Source: Paraspadella gotoi (lineage: Eukaryota; Animalia; Chaetognatha). From it: a DNA stretch of 30,922 nt. The position numbers and the translations under genes are program-made. Shown piece after piece: positions 10,558 through 18,741 of this stretch. The notes below the pieces were generated by a model that was not told the DNA's origin, made no database searches, and saw only the letters and a list, made by a program, of their open reading frames with translations. Positions within the stretch are counted from its first letter, which is position 1. The number at the start of each line of letters is the position of its first letter. The DNA lies in assembly GCA_051294375.1 (NCBI GenBank), contig JBJCIZ010001228.1:1-30922 (forward strand). Reading direction: 5' to 3'.

Positions 10558-10683
10558 TTAATTGAATGAAAGACAAAGTCTTGTTACGTTCAACGATTTT
10601 ATTTAATGTACAGACAAGTTTCGGCTTTCATTCAGCTTCATCAGTGCTTTGACAATTCACATTTTCATGTTTTCCAAATAATT

Positions 10684-10726
<43 letters not shown>

Positions 10727-10992
10727 AGAGAGAAGAAATCAACAAAGATTGAGAAGGAAGTGGTGAATGTGAGGACAGGTTTAAGTTAGTGAGAGAGAGA
10801 GAGAGAAGTGAGGGAAAAGAAATAAATTTGTGAAGTGAGAGAGAGAGAGAGACAGAGAGAGAGAGAGTAAAGGTAAACAATTACATTGAAATGTACAACA
10901 ATGATAAATAATATAACAGACTTAAACAAACTAAAATATTTAAAATTAATTCAGATAAATTATAATAAAGAGTGAAGATTAGAATGAAATTG
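10558..10992 (-). repeat. pLTR, left arm of inverted repeat (contains (GA)n tracts, hammerhead motif, AATAAA)
   Basis: Reverse complement of 11060-11505, e.g. aattaattcagataaatt vs aatttatctgaattaatt, gacaaagtcttgttac vs gtaacaagactttgtc. Confidence 0.9.
10610..10647 (-). ncRNA. Minimal type I hammerhead ribozyme motif in pLTR
   Basis: Minus strand gca-CTGATGA-a-gct-gaatgaa-agc-c-GAAAC-tt-GTC-tgt: both core boxes, short stem II (gct/agc), minimal stem III, GUC cleavage triplet and 3-bp stem I, followed by AATAAA (10598-10603). Minimal hammerheads in Penelope pLTRs are established. Confidence 0.75.
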
Positions 10993-11059
10993 GAAATAAA
11001 AGATGTTGAGGGATAGGTAAAGTGAAATGAGTAAGTGAAAAAATAAGAAAAAAAAAGCT

Positions 11060-11182
11060 CAATTTCATCTAAACTTCACTCCTTTATAATTAATTTATCT
11101 GAATTAATTTAAATATTTTAGTTTGTTGTTATATTAATTTATCATTGTTGTACATTGCTCAAATGTAATTGTTTATTCTCTT

Positions 11183-11214
<32 letters not shown>

Positions 11215-11326
11215 CACCTTCACCAAATTTCATTTCTTTTCACCACATTCTTCTCTCTCTCTCTACAACTAAATCTGTCCTCTAATCGACCACTATCCTT
11301 CTTCATATTCTTTGTTGGCAATTTCT

Positions 11327-11377
<51 letters not shown>

Positions 11378-11505
11378 AAAGTTAATTTGTGACATGAAAT
11401 CACGTGAATTGTCAAAGCACTCGAAAGTTGAAATGAAGCGAAACTTGTCCGATAATTAAAATAAAATCGTTGCTGTAACAAGACTTTGTCTTCATTTTCA
11501 ATTAA
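11060..11505 (+). repeat. pLTR, right (inverted) arm with degenerate hammerhead
   Basis: gtgaattgtcaaagcac-tcgaaagttgaaatgaagc-GAAACTTGTC (11404-11449), then aataaaatcgttg. The CTGATGA box is disrupted. Confidence 0.88.
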
Positions 11506-11734
11506 TTTTTAACTTAAGCATTCAATTTCTTCACCTTCAGTTGAACGAGATTCCTATTTTTTTTCATGTATTTAAATTCTTAAACAAGGAAACCCCCGTT
11601 CCCTTAACCATGTCCCTTGTTTTCTTCCCCCCCTTCCCCTCCCCCTGCTTCTTTCCCCCCGTCTCCTTGCTCCCTGTCCGCTCTTTATTCCTCTTCCCAT
11701 GCTTTCTTTGGTCCTCCTGCCCCTTCCCCCTGTT

Positions 11735-11822
11735 CCCCTACCAATCCCCTTAAGCCCTTCCCCCTACCATTCCCCTTAACCCCTTGCCCCTACGAATCCC
11801 CTTAACCCTTTCCCCCCACCAT
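11735..11822 (+). repeat. 26-bp C-rich minisatellite, ~3.3 copies (CCCCTACCAWTCCCCTTAASCCCTT)
   Basis: Unit starts at 11735, 11761, 11787 and 11813. Confidence 0.8.
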
Positions 11823-12156
11823 CTCCCTCTTAAATTGCCACGCCCACTTTTACGGCGAAATTAATGAATTTCTAAGAAATCTTATCCTTCGACTCTTCCT
11901 TTCGCCGTCGCCGCCATTTTTGCTTTTTGCTCCTTTCCTTATTTCACGCCTTCACTACCTTTCTCACTTCCTTCTGCTTCACATTTCCTTCCTTTTTTTT
12001 CCATTCTTCCTTTCTTGCTTCCTTTAACTCACTCTCTCTCATTGCTCTCTCTCTATTCGCTATTTCGGTGCGAGCTGCGAAAAGAACTTTGCATTATTCA
12101 AAATCCTTTTTCCCGCTTTTTTCTCTTTCCCCCGAAATTCTCATACTACCCTGACA

Positions 12157-12227
12157 TTTTTTAGTCACAGCTCCAACAGTGCCTCTACAAGACGCTTTTC
12201 GGTCTGTCAGTCTGTCACTCAGTCCGT
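12157..12227 (+). repeat. Short dispersed repeat end (T-run, TAGT...CTCT..AAG..., (GTCN)n microsatellite), DINE-1/HINE-like layout
   Basis: Aligns with the reverse complement of 15474-15532. The family assignment is inferred from layout only. Confidence 0.45.
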
Positions 12228-12339
12228 GAATATTACTTAAAATTAGTTATTATTTTAAAGTAAAATTTGTTACGGAAAATTGCACTAGCGTATGAATCGG
12301 GAATTTTCGGAGATCCAATGAGAAACGAAGGATTTTTGG

Positions 12340-12347
12340 TTGATGAT

Positions 12348-12382
<35 letters not shown>

Positions 12383-12386
12383 GGAA
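12340..12386 (+). repeat. (GAT)/(GAG/GAA)n trinucleotide tract
   Basis: tgatgatgaggaggaggaagaggag... Confidence 0.85.
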
Positions 12387-12504
12387 TCTTCCAGGCAAAA
12401 TGTTGCATTTATAAACATTGAAAATCATAGTATGAAAGTTGAATTTTTAAATAAAGAAATAGAAAGGAAGTTTTTTGTCGTGACTGAAGTTCAGTCGCAG
12501 ATTG

Positions 12505-12863
12505 GTTTTATTTTTTCCTCTCTTCTCCTTCCTCTTTCCTTTCCTTTCTTATCTTTCTTTCCTCTTTTCTTCTTTTTTCTTTTTTTTTTCTCTCTCCTTT
12601 TCCTTTCCTCTTTTCCTTTCTTTTTTCCTCTTTTTTCTTTTTTCCTTCTCTTTTCTTCTCTTTTCTTTCTCTTTTCTTCTCTTTTCCTTTCCTCTTTTCT
12701 TTTCTTTCCTTTCCTCTTTTCTTCTCTTTTCCTTTCCTTCTTTCTTCTCTTTTTCTCCATTCTCTTTTTTTTCTTTCCTTTCCTTCTTCCTTTCCTCTTC
12801 TCTTACTTCTCTTCCCGTCACATTTTCTTTCAACGTTATTACTGCAGCTTCGACTTAAGGTAT

Positions 12864-12932
<69 letters not shown>

Positions 12933-13140
12933 CGTATCTCCTTTCTTTCATTCGCCTGTCAATTTGCGCTTGTCATTTTCTCCTCTGGTTCTTTCTCCCT
13001 TTCCTCTCTCCTCCTCGTCCCTTTCCTTCTGTCCTCTCCTCCCTTTCTCCTTTCCTCCTCTCCCCTCTCTCTCCTCTCTCTCTTATCCCCTCCCTCTCTC
13101 TCCCTTCCCTCTCCTCTTCTTCCCCCTCTCTCTCTCTCTG
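12505..13140 (+). repeat. Long polypyrimidine / (CT)n low-complexity tract
   Basis: Almost exclusively C/T except two short interruptions (~12815-12862, ~12930-12975). Source of the F/S/L and K/E/R ORFs. Confidence 0.95.
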
Positions 13141-14386
13141 GGATTACTTCTTCTTCTCTGGATTGTTTTTCTCGCGCGAATTTCCAGTTGCTTATTTCCA
13201 AAGTCTTTGTCGTTGTTGTTGTTGTTCTTTTTCTTTTTCTTCTTCCTCTTTCGAGTTTGAGCCAAAAATATCTTCCCTTTGTTTTTCCTTTTCGTCTCTG
13301 TTGTTGTTATTGTAGGAATTTTTTATATGGTTGGTTTGTTGTATTAGGTCTTTTGAATTAGCATCTTACTATTACTACTAGCACGTATTTAAAAGATATA
13401 AAAAATGTGTGCGTGTCTAATATTTAAGCATTTCGCAATTTACATTGTGCTAAGTCAGCAAAATGTCTTATTTTTAAATGACTGAACAAATTTATATTGG
13501 TTTTTAGGAAATTGGTACAACCATTGATAAAAATTATCCATTCATTTAATAAATGACTTTGGAAAGGCTATCTTACAATTTCCTCACATTGTCTTCATAT
13601 TATTTTAATCATTTATTTATTATATTTATATTGCTTTTTACCGATTTCTTATAAATTAACAATCTTTCACGTATTTTTCTCTATTTTCGACACGTGTCTC
13701 TCACCTTCACAGAAAAAAAAATCTTTTTTTTCCCTGATGTCACGAAGTCGCATCTGTCACCCCAGTCACGTCTCTTGTCGTATTAGGTCACTCCCTCTCT
13801 ATCTCTCTCTCTTTTCCTCATCCTCTCTTTTTCCCCCACTCCCTCTTTCGATCTCATATCGACGCTTCTCTTTCCACGGATCAACCTTTTTGACTTTTCA
13901 GAGGCAGATATATTTTTTTCCTCCCAAAATCCAAAAATGAGTAAATCATCCACAAAAAAAGGGGGAAAAAAAGAAAAGAAAAAAAAAGGGAAAACTATTA
14001 TATTTTTTTTTTTTGAAAGAAAAACGGGGAAAACCTGAGAGACGAAATTTGGTTACAAATCGGAGAATCTTCTCTCCCATTTCAATTTATTTTGGCGGAG
14101 GGGGGGGGGATGAAAGGGAGGGGCACTTGAACCTTTAAATCCAATTTTAAAATAAATCCCCTTTTTAAAAAAATCTGATCCAGAAATCCCCTTCAGTTAA
14201 TTTCGCTACCAAAAAATAATTAGCTTTTGGACTAATTTCATTCTTCTCTATCATATTTCCAGAAGACAACAAGGACCTCCCCCTCCCAAAATAAATTATT
14301 AGTTATAATGATGAGTAAATAAAATTTTTAAAAAAGCAATAAATATATAAATATAGATTAAATGGTAAACTGTAAATAGTAAACTG

Positions 14387-14492
14387 CCAAGGGTGATCCG
14401 CTATGCCGAGCGCAATCTACTGTTCCAAGGGTGATCCGCTATGCCGAGCATAATCTACTGTGCCATGGGCAATCCACTTTGCTCAGAGCGCG
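14387..14492 (+). repeat. 38-bp tandem repeat: two near-identical copies plus one degenerate copy
   Basis: ccaagggtgatccgctatgccgagc..aatctactgt at 14387 and 14425; ccatgggcaatccactttgctcagagcg at 14463. Confidence 0.9.
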
Positions 14493-15473
14493 TCGGCATT
14501 TTTCTGGAACAAGGAATTATTGCGCTGACGTAAAGAGAAATTTTCCTTGGATGCCATCAATGCCACCAATGCCATAAATGCCATCAATGATGGGCGAATA
14601 AATACTTCAAAAATCAGGACGGAAAAGCGTCTTGACGATTGAATAATAATTATAATAATAATAATAATTGTAAAATGTGTTGAGTTATTGTCTTGTAAGA
14701 GGAAAAGAGACCATAACTCGATATATTTAACTAGGAGACTTTTTAGTATGAAATTGGTACAACCAATATAAAAATTATCCATTCATTTAATAAATAAGCT
14801 ATCTTGCCCTGACTTTGGACACTCTTACAAGATAATAGACACACCCTGCAAGCTTTCAATCAAGACTCTCAAATATTTAATAAAGAATTTTTTATAATGG
14901 CTTTATCAATTTAATTTAATATAAATTCTGTTTGCTTTCGCCGTGAAAATTTACGACCTTCTTGCCTATCGCAGTCCAGTGCTTGAATGGTCACTTCCGT
15001 TTGGATGGAACTTGCTGATTTTTTCCATTAATTAAATTGGTTATGACTTAAATATGACTAAATATGAATCTTTCCAATCTTTATTCATTATCTTGTTTTC
15101 ACTACATGAAAAATAAATAAAAAATAAATGCCTGTTTAAAATTTAAATTAAATGTAGTGAAAAATTTCGGACTCCCAAAAGTGAAGGGGCGTGTTTGGTG
15201 AAAGAGAAACAAGATCGGTTCATCCAATGTTGTTGCGCCGCAGTGACTCTTATCACTTGATATTTTTGTACATTGACATGATAATGACTGACTACAATTA
15301 ACTTTCTCTAGCCCAGTATCTATGAACCACGCACTGCATCGAATGTCTTTTGTTATTTTTATAGTTTTAGGATTTCCTGAAGGCTGGCTCTAGATCACTC
15401 CTTTAGATTTAGGACTTTTTTTCCTTCTTAACAAATGGATCAAAGCAACCAAGTATTGGCGAATAATGAGAGA

Positions 15474-15532
15474 GACTGACGGACCGACCGACCGAATAGT
15501 GACTTACAGAGTACTCGCGGCGCAACTAAAAA
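15474..15532 (-). repeat. Short dispersed repeat end, (GACC)n + ...CGCAACTAAAAA, DINE-1/HINE-like layout
   Basis: gactgacggaccgaccgaccgaatagtgacttacagagtactcgcggcgcaactaaaaa; inverted partner of 12157-12227. Confidence 0.45.
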
Positions 15533-15782
15533 CCGAATGTTTGTTTATTTCTTATCTTCCCTTTCATTGTTGATGCGTCAAAGTTGAAAAAGGAGGCGGG
15601 CGTTGCGGGGGGAGGAAGAGGTCCAGAGACATGTGGGCGGTTGTGGGGATAGGGGGGGGGGGTTCGGTTGTGGGTTAAGAAGGGAAGAGACGTGGATTAA
15701 GCTCGGTGGAACAATTTCCGCTAAAGGTCACCCATCGCGAAAACCAATCTCGTTTCCTGGTTGTCATAATATCTGGCGGGGA

Positions 15783-16020
15783 GGGGGTTGGATAGAGGGA
15801 GAGAGGAAAGGGGGTTGGATAGAGGGAGAGGGGGGGGGAAAGGGGTGGATAGAGGGAGAGAGGAAAGGGGGTTGGATAGAGGAAGAGAGGGAAGGGGGTT
15901 GGATAGAGGGTGTAAGGGAAGGGGTTGGATAGAGGAGAGAGGGGAAGGGAGTTGGATAGAGGAAGAGGGGAAGGGGGTTGATAGAGGAAGAAAGGGAAGG
16001 GGGTTGGATAGAGGGGAGAT
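15783..16020 (+). repeat. ~27-bp G-rich minisatellite, ~9 copies (GGGGGTTGGATAGAGGGAGAGAGGAAA)
   Basis: GATAGAGG core recurs at about 15791, 15818, 15848, 15875, 15902, 15928, 15955, 15980 and 16007. Confidence 0.92.
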
Positions 16021-16770
16021 AAGTGGGATAGTGAAGGGCAGGAGCGGCCCGTGGGTGAGGGTTTGGACAAAGTAATTCTATTTTTACGCTGAAAGATGAA
16101 AAACTGTTTTGTGTTTTGTCTTTGAGCGGAAGATGAAAAATGGCTTTGTCGCTGAGTACCTTAGTAATACAGAGATTGTCTTTTTTGTGTTACAATCGCT
16201 TTTGTAAATTGGTTTATTGATACTTGTATTTTATTGGTTCCATGTTGATAAAATAAAGAAGACTTAAAAAAATATTTTAAAAAAATTTAATTCCGCTTTT
16301 TTCTTTTTAAGACAACAAAAAAAAATTTCGAATAAAAAATATAACCTTTTGACTTGAAATTGAAAATATTTCTCGAGATTAAATTGAAAATTATATCTTA
16401 TCGAATTTTAAAAAGATTTTGAAAACGAAGAAACTCAGACCGACCGACCGACCAAACCTATTATAAATAAATAAATAAAATATAAATATAAATAAACGAT
16501 AAACGAAATTACAACATTAATTCCTCTCAAATTTGTCGGACGATTCTCGAGATTCCGAAGATACGGTTTACGATCGATGGCGTCTCTCTGTGGAGAGAGA
16601 GAGAGGTGAGGAGAGAGAGAGAGAGAGAAATAGAGAAGAGACAGAAAAGAGAGAGAGATAGAGTAGAGAGCGAAGAGAAAAAGAGAAGGAGAGAGCAAGA
16701 GAGAGAGCGATAGCCAGCGCCTGGTTTTGTTTCCTCAATGCGATTTCCGGTTTTTAACCGAAAGCGACCA

Positions 16771-16827
16771 CGCCGACAACGCCGACCGCGCCGACAACGC
16801 CGACAACGGCCGACAACGCCGACCGCT
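16771..16827 (+). repeat. 9-bp repeat (CGCCGACAA/CGCCGACCG), ~6 copies
   Basis: cgccgacaacgccgaccgcgccgacaacgccgacaacggccgacaacgccgaccgc. Confidence 0.85.
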
Positions 16828-17850
16828 CAGAAGGCAAAGGGCTCTTGTAACGAAACGCCTTGACCTTTGGAGTTTTTTTTTCTTGGGCTCCGTTTTTTAG
16901 GGTTTTTTAAGGGGAGGCAATTCCTTTAATCCCTTACCAACTCGATTTTACAACCGTAATAACGAATAAGAGAAGGAGGGTCGGGGGACAAAGATATTCT
17001 TTTTGTTTATTTTATTTATTTATTTATTGAAACATGCGAATAAATGACCGTTTAATTTTATCACATTTTCGTCGTTCAATTCTCGCTCCTTTTAAAAAGT
17101 AAAAATTGGTTAAAATCTAAATTTTTTAAAAAAACTTAAAATACATTTTTAAAAAGTGATTTTTTACGAATTGTAAATGCTAAGGTATAAACGGAACTAC
17201 GTAGATGCCTAAATCGTAAACAAAAAAATAGAATTTTATGTTTAAAATTATATAATCGGTATTTTTTTCTCAAGGCACACTTCTCCATTTTAGTTCTCCT
17301 TCTCCCCTCTTCCCATCTAGCTCTCTCTCTCTCTCCCCCCTCCCCCCCCTCTTCTCTCTCTCTCGTCATTCTTTATTTCCGGTTTCGCGTCGACCCGCGT
17401 TTCGTTCTCTTTTTTCCGCTCCAGCGAATTTTCGCCCTCAAATTTTTCCAGCGAGGGCCTCCCCTGCGTTTTTCGAACCCTTTGCGCACGCCGCGCGCCG
17501 AACGAGGGGCGTTTTCCATTTTGGGTTTTTTATTTTTTATTTTTGCGAAATTTTTTTTAAACGATGAATGTACGATTGAATGTTGCTATTTTCGGTTCTT
17601 CGCTGTCTGCCAATGTTGACTAATTTGCACGAGCCTCACTTTAAACGTAATTTGCATATTATTTTTTAACCTTTAAACGAATTTTAAAAACAACCATCAA
17701 TTCATATCCTTTTAATCACATCTTTCCAAATTCTTACAACAAATCTCAATTCTTTGATGAATTATCCGAGAGAAAAAACCGATTGGGAATCGAATATTCG
17801 CTAAAACAAAAAACGTTTATATATTTATATACGAATCTCAACATTGAGAA

Positions 17851-18228
17851 TTATGCGGGTTCATGATCCCATCGCGAGAATCCGAATCTTTCCCCATTTT
17901 TTTTTGGGGGGGAGTCAGGTTTTCGATTTGATGCTCGTTCGAGGGCTCGTGTCGCCGCGGCGAGGGCGGCGCGGAGCTCGGCGTTTTCATCTTGCAGCTC
18001 ACGTTGAGGGGCGCCGCCAGTCGCCATGTTGGCGTCCTCGAAATTGGCGCCGTTGATTTGTTGGAAGTTGAAGGAAGGGGCTGCGTCGGCGAAAACTGGT
18101 GAGACTGATCTTGATCGTATCCCTCGTCCAAAGCCTCGAGAGATCTGGAGGCTCGCCGCGTTGTTGCGTTGGTCCTCAGCGTTGCGCTGAGGGGAGCGAA
18201 GGCGGGAACGAAGGTCGGAGTCGCTCAT
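17851..18228 (-). pseudogene. Possible truncated Gypsy gag N-terminus
   Basis: GC-rich ATG-initiated ORF: disordered start, coiled-coil-like QRELQDENAELRAALAAATRALE, then RKPD-PP..KN.E, resembling the KLPxF...WF opening of Gypsy/Mag-type gag. It decays at homopolymers and ends abruptly in AT-rich DNA. This is a resemblance only. Confidence 0.4.
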
Positions 18229-18741
18229 TGATATTGAAGGATCTTCGTCGGCGTTTGCGGGCTCCAGTGATGTTGGGGATCAAAAAGAGAGAGGGGAAAG
18301 GTGTGAGCAAATTGGGCGATTTGCTTAATACCCGATTTTGCGCCCAATCTTACCTCGGGAAGAAACCGAGTAGACTTGACCCCCTTCTTGAAGGTTGGTT
18401 TTGGCTCGCGTCGGCTTCACCAAGTGTGGCTAGGTGTCAAAAGGCTAAGAATAGGATGCCAAGGATGTATACATCTTGGAGGACGACTTCGCAGGGAAAG
18501 TGAGACACTTGATTTGAATTGTTTATTTGATTCTTATTCAATTGAGATCAATTTCTCTCATCAGTTAATAATGTATAAACTACATTTAATGAGTAATAAA
18601 AACAATGAGTAATTAAGTAGAGATAAATTGTGTACTTAAGATCAGAGTTAAAACCAGACTGAAAATCATTCAGTTAACAATCATAGAAGTAAACAATCGT
18701 TTAACAAAAGGTGTAAAATTCAAGAGACATCTTCTGAGGTC

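Larger units (their letters stand above)
8111..11505 (-). mobile_element. Penelope-like retroelement copy 1 with inverted pLTR pair at its 5' end
   Basis: The ORF above, plus inverted arms 10558-10992 and 11060-11505 homologous to the 3' end of copy 2. Confidence 0.88.

Noticed and set aside
11880-12095. Minus-strand K/E/R-rich coiled-coil-like reading
   Set aside because: Contains an in-frame stop, is purine-biased low complexity, and shows no recognisable homology.
12267-13361. 364-aa hydrophobic ORF and opposing K/E/R-rich ORFs
   Set aside because: Stop-free only because of the polypyrimidine/microsatellite composition; no domain motif.
14387-14492. Mini-CRISPR
   Set aside because: Contiguous 38-bp tandem units with no spacers.
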